From positions 41,837 through 105,836 of the forward strand of contig JAMFSR010000004.1 of NCBI GenBank assembly GCA_026225395.1: 64,000 bases of DNA, written 5' to 3'. Positions 10,225 through 18,965 of this stretch are shown here, piece by piece. The DNA is from Granulicella sapmiensis. GTDB lineage: Bacteria > Acidobacteriota > Terriglobia > Terriglobales > Acidobacteriaceae. Within the stretch, counting starts at the first letter, position 1. Each line of letters begins with the position of its first letter. The position numbers and the translations under genes were made by a program. Under the pieces are notes generated by a model. It searched no databases, was not told where the DNA came from, and saw only the letters and a program-made list of their open reading frames with translations.

Positions 10225-10291
10225 GAACTTCAAAGGTACCCCGCTCCCCGGCAGCTTGCTGATCCGCGGCCTCGGGTTGAGGCCGCGAGGT

Positions 10292-13200
10292 TTAGTCGTT
10301 ACCCTGCAAACGCCGCCGTGCATGACGCCGCAACAGTGCGCGCAAGAGAGCCGCCATCAGGAAGCAGATAATCGCGGCGCCGAGGACGACGAGCCATGGG
10401 AACTCCGCGAAGAGCAGGCTGATCCTGATCCAGAAACTTAACGTGCCCACATGATAGACGTCGGTGCCGAGGCGGTAGCTGATGAACTTCGTTCCCGTAA
10501 GCACGGCTACCGACTGCTGGATGTTGGACGACTGCGCGTCCTTGAGGAAGATCTTCAGGAAATTGGAGGTAACCGACTTGTCGCGAAGGGCGATCAGCAC
10601 CACAGAGCGGCCCGAAGTGTACGGCGACTCGATGCCTTCCACCAACGCATCCGGCAAGCCGCCCGCGGTTTCGAGCTTCCCTGTTTCGATATGGTCGGAG
10701 CTGCGCACCTTCCACCAGGCGTGCTCCAGAGGATTGAAGAAGCCCTGAGTGTCCTGAATGTGGACGCCGTTGCTCTCAATCCGGACGGGCATGTAGGGGT
10801 CCATCTGCGCGATGGCCGGCGAGTCGTCAACCGTTCCCATCACGAGCAAATCCTTGGTTGAACCTTTCATGCCGGCTGCGTTGGTCACCGTGACGTTCAG
10901 GACCGGATAGCCGGTCTGTGCGCCGAAATGGCCCATCATCGTCAAGTACATTTCGATCTCTTCCGGCTGGGGTGAATCAGGCAGCACGACGGCTGTATCG
11001 GAGAGATCTGCGAGGCGTGTAAACGGATAGCCGGCGTTCGAGAAGATCTCGAGGTTCGGCATCTGCTTCCAGTGCGGGATATTCCGGAGATCAAGGTACG
11101 AACTCTTGACGATCGCACCCTGCAGGTTCATCGGCGCGGTGTCCTGGCAACGGCCCTTTTTCGCGATCTGGAAGACGAACTTCAGGTTCATCGAGTTCGA
11201 AAACGGACGCATATCGGGCCATGGAACGGGAACGACCGTGGAAAGATTGGCGGAGGCCTTGTCCGTGTGCGGCATCGGCGTGGAGCTAACGTAGGCGCCG
11301 TTCATGTAGACCTGCAGCGAACTTTCATTGGCCAACGGAATGCCGTTGTAGCGATAGTTCATCTGGAAGGCGACGTTCTGGATGCCCTCCCAGTAAAGAT
11401 CAGGGGGGATGCGCGAGTAGATGACGACAGGAACGCTGCCGTCACCTTGCAGATCGCCCTGCTGCGACATGTCGCCGATGGTCGTGATGCGTGAGGTGGT
11501 TAGCCAGCGCGGGGCATCGTCGGGCTCTCGATTTGCTGGAGCTTTAGACATCGAGACCTGCGCAATGGCTCCTGCCAACTCATTGAACTGGAGCGTAAGC
11601 ACCTTGGCGGCGATGAGCAGATTATCCGCGTTCTCACCGGTGATGACTAACAGTTTCGAGTAAGGGTCGGATGGGTTGGTGACCATCGCGATAGTTGGCC
11701 CTGAGCTGGAGGCGACGCCGAGCGCCGCGGGTAAATCAGCTGTGTTTTCGCTGATTAAAATGGCATTGCCCGCCGGAATCGACCCAAAGGTCACAGGGAA
11801 CCGCACGGCCTTGTAGTCCGTCAGAATGCCGAACCAGGAAGCGATCGTTCCCGCGGCCTGCAGGGCTTTGGGCGAGGGCTGTGACAGAAAAACGATGGGC
11901 ACCGACGGATGCAGGTTTACGGCTTCGTCATAGAACGGCAGTGGTAAGAGCTTGAGATCGTTCTGCAGCGGAAGAAGACTTCCGGCAAGTTCGACGGTGG
12001 AGTTCGCATCCACATGCGACCACAGCGTGGAGTGCGAAGGATCTTCGCACTGCATGGTGTAGTGGCCGATGAACTCAAAGGTGAGCTCGTTGGTATGGAC
12101 GAGCATCTCGGCGGGCAGCGTAAGGGTCGCTACCATTAGAGCGCTGTTTTCGACGTGCAGCATCGCGCCGCTGGTTTGTTCCTGCAGCTTCTGATCGGTG
12201 GAGAGATCGTTCTCCATCGTGCCGATGGTGGTGGGCTGCTGGTTTACGGGGAGCGTGGCGAAGAGCGTGCCGTTGAGGCTCACCTTCAAGTGGCTGATAG
12301 CGGGAAGAAGGCCAGGCGAGAAGTGGTAGTACAGCTTCATCGTCGCGGACTTCACGTTCTGCGTTTGCGGGACCGAGAAGTAGACCGAGTGATAGGTGTC
12401 TACGCCACGGAGCACAATGGTATCCGCCACACCGACATCCGACAGCGTGAAGATGTTATCGAACTGACCGGGAGGGACAGGCCTCGCCTGCTGGCCGCCA
12501 TCGAGACCTTCGACGACCGGAGGCGGGGCGCCAGTGGTCAGCGTTGTCGGCGCAGCCGCCGTGAGGCCGGCTCCTGTGCTGATCTGTGCGGCAGCGTGCG
12601 GGACAAACATCATGTTTGCCAACAGGGCTACCAATAGCAACAAAGGCGCGATGCTCGTCGCGAGCTTGCCCTTCGGAGCAGGGGACTTCCCTGTCTTCAT
12701 CAGGCCGTGGAAGCTCTGGCTAAGGCCGTGGACAGAAAGCTGCAGGATGCGCCACATGCTGAGCAGCGGACGGTCGACTTCGCGCGACTCTCCCCAGCCG
12801 AGCCACGTGTCGGCGCGAGAGTAGAGGACCATGGTCAATGCTTCTTCTTCCTGAATGGTGAGAGGATCGAAGTAGGCGCGCAGCGTTGATCCGCGCACGT
12901 CCACAATGGTTGCGGGCAAAGCGGCATCGCCGTCGAGTACGGGAAAAATCAACTTTACGGACTCGCCGCCGGGAACTTCCATGGCTTCGTCCAGCTCCAT
13001 CATCACGCCGCCGCTCGAAAGATCGGTGGTGACGCCCTGAAGCACCGTTCCATCGGAAAGCAAAACGCCGGCAGGCACAGCCATCAACACGCGGACGGTC
13101 TGGCGGCGCTGCTGGCTTTCCCACGCGACGGCCGTCGCTACGCCGAGGATGATCATGTTGAAGACCGTCCACATCACATTCATGACGATCGTTCCGGGAT

Positions 13201-14872
13201 GCGTTCCGTCGTACATATTCGACAGGATGCTGAGCGGCCACGGCAGCGATCCGCCGGGGAAATGGAAGTAGCGCGGGATGCCGCACATCATGCCGAGGAA
13301 GTTGAGAAACAGCAGTACGAGGAACGGCTGCGCGATGCGTGTATCGAAGAAACTGCGACTGACAACGCCACCCTTAGCCGTTACGTTAAAGCTACCAAAC
13401 TTGGGATTGACGAGCGCGAGCATGGTGGGAAGGAAGATGTAAGGTGCGAGCACGGTTTCGTAAATCTCATTCCAGAACGAGTGCCGATGCTGTCCCTGCA
13501 CGCGCGAGTTGGTGATGTTGGAGAGCACAAGATGCGGGAAGGCGTACGCGAGAATGGCAGCCCAGTAGCCGGGGACGTTGGTGTGGCCGAGAACGAGATA
13601 GATCAGCGGCGCGGTGAGGAAGATAAGCCGCGGCAGCGCGTAGAGGAAGTGCGTCATCGCGTTGAAGTAGCAGAGGCGCTGCGCCGGCTTGAGCCCTGGA
13701 GCAAACAGCGGATTGTCCGTGCGTAGGATCTGGACCATGCCGCGAGCCCAGCGAATGCGCTGCTTTACATGGCCGCTGAGACGCTCGGTTGCAAGACCGG
13801 CGGCTTGCGGGATGTTAATGTACGCCGTATTCCAGCCACGTATCTGCATACGCAGCGAGGTGTGCGCGTCCTCCGTGACGGTTTCAGTAGCGATGCCGCC
13901 TACCTCGTCCAGAGCTGCACGGCGCATGACCGCGCAAGAGCCGCAGAAGAACGTGGCATTCCAGAAGTCATTGCCATCCTGCACAACGCCGTAGAACAGC
14001 TCACCTTCGTTGGGAATGACGCGGAACTGGCCGAGGTTGCGCTCGAACGGATCGGGTGAGTAGAAATGGTGCGGCGTCTGCAGCATGCCCAGTTTGGCAT
14101 CGCGGCCAAACCAGCCCATGGTGAGTTGCAGAAAGCTGCGCGTAGGCACATGGTCGGAGTCGAAGATGGCGACGAACGGAGCGTCGAGACGCTTGAGCGC
14201 ACGGTTGATGTTACCGGCCTTGGCGTGCGCGTTGTCGTCACGGGTCATGTAGCCGATGCCCGCTTCTTCCGCGAATGCGCGGAACTCTTCGCGCTTGCCG
14301 TCGTCGAGAATGTAGACATTCAGCTTGTCGGCGGGCCAGTCGATATTCATCGCGGCAAGCGCGGTGTAACGCACGACGTTCAAAGGCTCGTTGTAGGTGG
14401 GGATCAGCAGGTCGACTTCGGGCCAGAGGTCGGTATCTTCAGGCAACGGCACCGGAGTGCGGCGCAGCGGCCAGAGCGTCTGCATGAAACCAAGGAACAG
14501 GATGGCGAAGGAGTAGGCTTCAGCGAAGACCAGCAGCCAGATGAAGAACGCATCGAGCGGCGTCCAAACGGAGCCGGGATCGACGAAGAATTTGACGACC
14601 GTGGAGATACGCCAAAAACCGTAGCGGAAGGTCGAGAAACAGCTGAGCAGCATCAGCGTGAGCGTGACGAGGTAGGACGTGGAGCTGCGGTCCATCCAGA
14701 TGGCGAGCAGGACGAGCAGCAGCCCCATGACCGCTTGTTGTGGCCATGTGAGCTCAAGGATGCCGGCAAACAGCAGGAAGACAAAGCCGCCGCCCAGGAT
14801 CAGAAAGCGTATGAGGCGAAGAATGATATTGTCGCCGGATTCAAACTCTCTCCAAAGCGGAGACCTGGTCAT
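10292..14872 (-). CDS. bcsAB: Fused cellulose synthase catalytic subunit BcsA (GT2 + PilZ) and periplasmic subunit BcsB
   Basis: 1,526 aa. BcsA motifs: LIPTYNEP, YILDDG, FDSDHVPTRSFLQ, QTPHHF, FFCGSCAV, TEDAHTS, QRIRWARG (QxxRW). PilZ motifs RQTVR and DLSSGG. An internal hydrophobic segment follows, then ~780 aa of BcsB-like sequence ending in a C-terminal TM anchor. The start ATG overlaps the stop of the upstream gene (ATGA). Confidence 0.9.
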   Translation of the reverse strand: MTRSPLWREFESGDNIILRLIRFLILGGGFVFLLFAGILELTWPQQAVMGLLLVLLAIWMDRSSTSYLVTLTLMLLSCFSTFRYGFWRISTVVKFFVDPGSVWTPLDAFFIWLLVFAEAYSFAILFLGFMQTLWPLRRTPVPLPEDTDLWPEVDLLIPTYNEPLNVVRYTALAAMNIDWPADKLNVYILDDGKREEFRAFAEEAGIGYMTRDDNAHAKAGNINRALKRLDAPFVAIFDSDHVPTRSFLQLTMGWFGRDAKLGMLQTPHHFYSPDPFERNLGQFRVIPNEGELFYGVVQDGNDFWNATFFCGSCAVMRRAALDEVGGIATETVTEDAHTSLRMQIRGWNTAYINIPQAAGLATERLSGHVKQRIRWARGMVQILRTDNPLFAPGLKPAQRLCYFNAMTHFLYALPRLIFLTAPLIYLVLGHTNVPGYWAAILAYAFPHLVLSNITNSRVQGQHRHSFWNEIYETVLAPYIFLPTMLALVNPKFGSFNVTAKGGVVSRSFFDTRIAQPFLVLLFLNFLGMMCGIPRYFHFPGGSLPWPLSILSNMYDGTHPGTIVMNVMWTVFNMIILGVATAVAWESQQRRQTVRVLMAVPAGVLLSDGTVLQGVTTDLSSGGVMMELDEAMEVPGGESVKLIFPVLDGDAALPATIVDVRGSTLRAYFDPLTIQEEEALTMVLYSRADTWLGWGESREVDRPLLSMWRILQLSVHGLSQSFHGLMKTGKSPAPKGKLATSIAPLLLLVALLANMMFVPHAAAQISTGAGLTAAAPTTLTTGAPPPVVEGLDGGQQARPVPPGQFDNIFTLSDVGVADTIVLRGVDTYHSVYFSVPQTQNVKSATMKLYYHFSPGLLPAISHLKVSLNGTLFATLPVNQQPTTIGTMENDLSTDQKLQEQTSGAMLHVENSALMVATLTLPAEMLVHTNELTFEFIGHYTMQCEDPSHSTLWSHVDANSTVELAGSLLPLQNDLKLLPLPFYDEAVNLHPSVPIVFLSQPSPKALQAAGTIASWFGILTDYKAVRFPVTFGSIPAGNAILISENTADLPAALGVASSSGPTIAMVTNPSDPYSKLLVITGENADNLLIAAKVLTLQFNELAGAIAQVSMSKAPANREPDDAPRWLTTSRITTIGDMSQQGDLQGDGSVPVVIYSRIPPDLYWEGIQNVAFQMNYRYNGIPLANESSLQVYMNGAYVSSTPMPHTDKASANLSTVVPVPWPDMRPFSNSMNLKFVFQIAKKGRCQDTAPMNLQGAIVKSSYLDLRNIPHWKQMPNLEIFSNAGYPFTRLADLSDTAVVLPDSPQPEEIEMYLTMMGHFGAQTGYPVLNVTVTNAAGMKGSTKDLLVMGTVDDSPAIAQMDPYMPVRIESNGVHIQDTQGFFNPLEHAWWKVRSSDHIETGKLETAGGLPDALVEGIESPYTSGRSVVLIALRDKSVTSNFLKIFLKDAQSSNIQQSVAVLTGTKFISYRLGTDVYHVGTLSFWIRISLLFAEFPWLVVLGAAIICFLMAALLRALLRRHARRRLQGND

Positions 14873-17319
14873 CGTTCACTCCATCGGGCAGTTTTCAAGC
14901 CGCTTGCGGCCGGCGCGGATTGCATCCGCAGCCACGAAGCAAAGTTCATGTAGTCTCCCGCAACCGGTGCGTCCGGCGCGTAATCCATAACGGTCATGCC
15001 TTCAGCCAGAGCTTCGGAGACGACGGAAGATCTCCGAATGATGAACGGAAGCAGCCGGTCTCCCAGTTGTTGCCGCATCACCTCGCGCACATCCAGATGC
15101 AACGGAAGCGACGCATCGAACTGATTCAAAAGATAGTGCGGCTGAACGGGCCGTCCATCGCCATCGATCATACCTGCGAAAAACTTCTCTACGGGCCCCA
15201 AACTGATGACCGAGTTCATATCGGGAGCAACAGGCACCACAACGGTCGACCCCATCCGAACCAGCCGCTTGACGACCCAGGGGGAAATGGGGGAAAGATC
15301 GAGGATGACGCGCTGCATGCCACGACTCGCACGGATCAACTCATCATTCAACGACTCCTGCGCAGCCGTGTCGCCATTGTTCCGCGCCACGTCATAACTG
15401 ACGAGCGCGATGGCGGCATCGCTGGACCCGGCGGGTGGAGAGAACGTCCGCACCACACCGGGACGCAGTTCGCTGGCTCCGAAGTAGAACGGAAGGAGGC
15501 CGTGCGAGGTAGTGTCGGTCAGCAAAACTTTCTCGCCGATAGAAGAAAGGGCCCGGCCAAGCGTCGCCACCAGGCTCGTTTTACCCACACCGCCGGCGAG
15601 TGAGAACACCGTCAGCATAGGCACGCGAACTTCTTTTTGACGTACGGGCGCGGGCTCAGGCACCGGCTCCTGGCCATGGTGATCGAAGATGCCTTTGAGC
15701 GCAAACCACCGCGCCGCGACCCGCTCCCGCGAGTGTTGCAGCGTGTCGGCCACGGGCGAACTCGCCGGTTGAGAGCTTGCCACTTTGCGGACTACAGAGC
15801 TACTCCTGTCGTCCTGGATTCGGGGTTCGGCATGCCTTTGGGGTTCGGGCGTCCGCTGAGGTTCCGAGTAGCGTTGCGGCTCCGCATAGCGCTGGGGTTC
15901 TGCATGCCGCTGGATGTCCGCCGGTGAAGAGTTGATCCATGCCGGGACCGAACCTTCCGGCTCGGGGGTATCCGAGCCAAAAGCGTTGCCGTTGTAGCCC
16001 GGATGAACGCCACTCGCTTCGTCCGGCTGAAAGCCTCGTGCCCGGCGCGACTTCGAACTTGTCCGCGAGCTGGAAGATGCACTCACACGCGCTGCAGGCT
16101 CGATGGACTTGGCGGACTCAAATACGCCGCTTCTCTGCGCTGCCGCACGCGCTGCATTCGAATCGTAGGTCGCCCCACGGCGAGGCGAGCCCGGAATCGG
16201 GTCATACATTGCTCCGGCCTGCTGCGGTGCGGGCCGCACAGCCGCACGAACTACGCTGCTGTCATCTGTAGAATCCAAACCACCGAGACCGTAGATCGAG
16301 CCCCGACGCCGCGAAGACTCAAACACACCGGCACGCGGTGTTGGAGGAGCCGGATCCGCATAAGGTGTCTCGTGGCGCGGTTCGAGTGCTTGATCCCGCG
16401 CCGTATAAGGAGCAACCTGCGCATAGTGCTCTACGGCAGCGACTTTCTCGTGAGAGTCAGGCTCGTAATAGTAGCTGACGTGGCTCTTGGGCTTAGCGGC
16501 AGCATCTTCAATGGCCTGCGCCCCACCGGCGGCGATCCTGGCCTCATCCTCAACCGATCCCGTAACCCAATATTCCTTTATTTCCTTCATGTGCTCGGGA
16601 TCTCTCGGATCGGGCTGTGGTATCAGCAGCCGCGCTTCTCGTGACCGCGGCAAACGTGTCGGCTGCATGTCGTCTTCCTGCACATGCGGCTGGTGAAACA
16701 ACCGGCCCGGGAGAATTGCGGGCTCATCATTGGTGTAAGGGTCGGAGATCTGGCCCGGAACAATGGCCGATGGCTGCGGACCCGCCAGCGAGCGGCGCGT
16801 ATACTCCGATTCCGCATAACGGGCTGCCTGACGAGCGGCGGAGGCTTGCGCCTCTGCCATCTCGCGCGCCTCGCGACGAGCGGCAGCTTCGGCGGCGGCT
16901 ACGGCTTCCGCCCGGCGGGCGGCTTCCACACGCTCGGCGGCAGCTACGCGGTTCAACTCCGCGGCATGCTTCATGGCCCGCGCCTGCGCTGCCTCTTCTA
17001 TTTCAAAATCTTCAGAATGACGCTCGGCGGAAGCCTTCTTCGCGGCCGACTCATGGAAACGCGCCGCTTCTTCGGCCTCCCGCGCTGCGCGCTCTGCCTC
17101 CGCGGCTGCGGCCTCGGCTTCGCCTTTGGCTCGCACCTCTTCTTCACGCTGCTGTTCAGCTGCCCGGTGTCTCATCTGCGCGCGGTATTCGCGCCTGGAT
17201 GCCGAAAAATCACGATACTTGGCCCCCTGCAGGTTTGCCCAGGAATAAAGGACGGCTACATCCTCCGGCGTCTCCGCCAGGGCCCGTTCGTCCAGGGCTT
17301 CCGGATTTGGACTATCCAT
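14869..17319 (-). CDS. bcsQ: BcsQ (YhjQ)-type ParA/MinD-like ATPase with a ~560-aa N-terminal disordered/coiled-coil extension
   Basis: The C-terminal ~250 aa match the BcsQ pattern: FSLAGGVGKTSLVATLG (deviant Walker A), LLNQFD, LLPFIIRRSSVVSEALAEGMTVMDYAP. The ORF-track start at 17331 is a TTG. An ATG at 17319 (MDSPNPEAL) has GAGG 8 nt upstream. Confidence 0.75.
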   Translation of the reverse strand: MDSPNPEALDERALAETPEDVAVLYSWANLQGAKYRDFSASRREYRAQMRHRAAEQQREEEVRAKGEAEAAAAEAERAAREAEEAARFHESAAKKASAERHSEDFEIEEAAQARAMKHAAELNRVAAAERVEAARRAEAVAAAEAAARREAREMAEAQASAARQAARYAESEYTRRSLAGPQPSAIVPGQISDPYTNDEPAILPGRLFHQPHVQEDDMQPTRLPRSREARLLIPQPDPRDPEHMKEIKEYWVTGSVEDEARIAAGGAQAIEDAAAKPKSHVSYYYEPDSHEKVAAVEHYAQVAPYTARDQALEPRHETPYADPAPPTPRAGVFESSRRRGSIYGLGGLDSTDDSSVVRAAVRPAPQQAGAMYDPIPGSPRRGATYDSNAARAAAQRSGVFESAKSIEPAARVSASSSSRTSSKSRRARGFQPDEASGVHPGYNGNAFGSDTPEPEGSVPAWINSSPADIQRHAEPQRYAEPQRYSEPQRTPEPQRHAEPRIQDDRSSSVVRKVASSQPASSPVADTLQHSRERVAARWFALKGIFDHHGQEPVPEPAPVRQKEVRVPMLTVFSLAGGVGKTSLVATLGRALSSIGEKVLLTDTTSHGLLPFYFGASELRPGVVRTFSPPAGSSDAAIALVSYDVARNNGDTAAQESLNDELIRASRGMQRVILDLSPISPWVVKRLVRMGSTVVVPVAPDMNSVISLGPVEKFFAGMIDGDGRPVQPHYLLNQFDASLPLHLDVREVMRQQLGDRLLPFIIRRSSVVSEALAEGMTVMDYAPDAPVAGDYMNFASWLRMQSAPAASGLKTARWSER
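15817..15909 (-). repeat. Tandem pentapeptide-type repeats (A/S/T-EPQR-Y/H) in the BcsQ-like extension
   Basis: The translation reads HAEPQRYAEPQRYSEPQRTPEPQRHAEPR. Confidence 0.7.
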
Positions 17320-17440
17320 CCCATGCCTCAATTCCCGGCAATTCCGGCAAGTAACCCCAGAACTCCCTGAAAAACCTGCTTCAGCTTGCTGTATCTCTTA
17401 GGGTGAGGCTACTTTGCCGTCACTCGCAAGTCAATGCAAC

Positions 17441-17469
17441 TACCGTCACACTTTGGTGTGAAAACGGTA
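17441..17469. promoter_or_regulatory. Imperfect palindrome in the bcs upstream/leader region (candidate operator or leader hairpin)
   Basis: TACCG-TCACAC-TTTG-GTGTGA-AAA-CGGTA. It has a 6-bp perfect inner stem plus a 5-bp outer stem with a 3-nt bulge. It lies in the 294-nt divergent region between bcsQ and tRNA-Lys. Function unproven. Confidence 0.2.
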
Positions 17470-17613
17470 ATACATCGGGTTCCGAATCTACTTAGGTTCC
17501 GGATTCGGTCATTTCGTCTCATCTACTACAAACTCCAGCCTTAGAGCCGCACGAGTGGAACGGTCAGCCGTAGGAAAACAGACGGCCCAGCCGTGCTACC
17601 TTAACTGTGGGCC

Positions 17614-17689
17614 GAGCGGGTAGCTCAGTTGGTAGAGCATCGCCCTTTTAAGGCGTTGGTCCTGGGTTCGAGCCCCAGCCCGCTCACCA
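17614..17689 (+). tRNA. tRNA-Lys (anticodon UUU)
   Basis: Cloverleaf read by eye. Acceptor GAGCGGG/CCCGCTC. D-arm GCTC-AGTTGGTA-GAGC. Anticodon loop CTTTTAA. Variable loop TGGTC. T-arm CTGGG-TTCGAGC-CCCAG. Discriminator A and encoded CCA. Position 27:43 is a U-U mismatch. Confidence 0.9.
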
Positions 17690-17697
17690 CTTCTTTT

Positions 17698-18927
17698 CTA
17701 ATCCCTAACCCCTGTTTCTACGAGGTCGGCTTGTCCGGCGTCCATGCGCGCGTAAAAGTCGTCCAGAAACCGGGCGCCATACTCCTCCAACAGCCCCTGC
17801 ACGCGCTCCGGCGACTCCGAACGCACGATCAGGCCGGCATGGTGGTGCTTATGCAGGCGGCTGACGATCTCCGGAGCATCGTAGGCCGAGGTATCCGGCT
17901 CCTCCTGCCGGGCCAGGCAGATCACGCTGCCGGCATAGTCCTTACGAAGGCGCGGCAGGATGTACTCTTCCCCAAGCAGCGCGGCGACTTCAATCCGGGC
18001 CCACTCCGCCCACGGATTCAGCCCGCTGGCGTACTCGACCACCTCGGCAATGTACGCACCGCCGACGCGCGCGGCTGTTTCCAGAAAGTAAAACTTACCG
18101 TCGGCGTGCGCCTTGATGAACTCCGAGTGCGTTACACCGTTCCGCATACCGAGCGCGGCCAGTATTGCCGCGTGGATCCTGCGTAGCGCGGTCGCATCGT
18201 CACTGTCGCGATCAAGCGTGCGTGTGGTGAAGACGCCGCCCTGGTGCATGGTCTGCATCGGAGGCTGGCCGTACTTGTGCGGAGCCGCGAACAGCACCTC
18301 ACCACCCCAGGAAATGCCTTCCACGTGGAAGATGTCTCCGGGGACGAAACACTCCAGCAGGTGGTCCGTGGCCGCATCGCCTAGCTGTTCGAGGAACGGC
18401 CAAACATCGTTCGGTTGTTCGACCTTCTTGATACCGATAGCCGACGCGCTCCAGCGCGGCTTGAGCAGCCACGGCCCCTGCGTGTGATTCAGAAAGTACC
18501 ACACATCGTCGTGGTTGGAGACGCCAATGAAGTCCGGCACCGCGATCCCCGCTGCGCGCGCCGCGATCCGCATCGCCAGCTTATCGCGGAAGAACCGTGT
18601 TGCGGTCTGGCCCATGCCGGGCAGTCGAAGATGCTCGCGGAGCAGTGCGGCTGCTTCAAGGTCGAACTCGTCGAGCGCGACCACGCGGTCGATCGGCCAG
18701 TGCGTGGCGAAGCGTGTGACGAAGTGCTGCACCTGCTCGGGTGTCAGGTTTTCGGGCATGGTGTGGAAGCCGGCGAGCACATCCTTCGGCCAATCACCTT
18801 CGGCAAGCTTATCGACGGTGAGAAGCGTAACGTCGCAAGCCAGGCTCGCAGCCTCACGCAGAAACGCCTGCCCCTTTTCGTAGGTGCTGATACAAAGCAT
18901 CGACGGCTTGCGTCCTGACTCGCTCAC
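17698..18927 (-). CDS. ATP-grasp domain protein (carboxylate-amine ligase type, substrate unknown)
   Basis: 409 aa. ATP-grasp-like segments: WLLKPRWSASAIGIKKV, LLECFVPGDIFHVEG, FYFLETAARVGGAYI. GTG start at 18927 preceded by AGGAG with a 6-nt spacer. It lies 38 nt downstream of hldD. Confidence 0.7.
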   Translation of the reverse strand: MSESGRKPSMLCISTYEKGQAFLREAASLACDVTLLTVDKLAEGDWPKDVLAGFHTMPENLTPEQVQHFVTRFATHWPIDRVVALDEFDLEAAALLREHLRLPGMGQTATRFFRDKLAMRIAARAAGIAVPDFIGVSNHDDVWYFLNHTQGPWLLKPRWSASAIGIKKVEQPNDVWPFLEQLGDAATDHLLECFVPGDIFHVEGISWGGEVLFAAPHKYGQPPMQTMHQGGVFTTRTLDRDSDDATALRRIHAAILAALGMRNGVTHSEFIKAHADGKFYFLETAARVGGAYIAEVVEYASGLNPWAEWARIEVAALLGEEYILPRLRKDYAGSVICLARQEEPDTSAYDAPEIVSRLHKHHHAGLIVRSESPERVQGLLEEYGARFLDDFYARMDAGQADLVETGVRD

Positions 18928-18965
18928 AGCGTGCTCCTGGCGCTTCCGAAATTCGTTCTGCTGCG

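Noticed and set aside
17320-17613. c-di-GMP riboswitch or clear sigma-70 promoter in the bcs leader
   Set aside because: No GEMM-like conserved segments are present. A TTGACT with a weak TAGCCT 17 nt downstream is the best -35/-10 candidate and is too weak to report.
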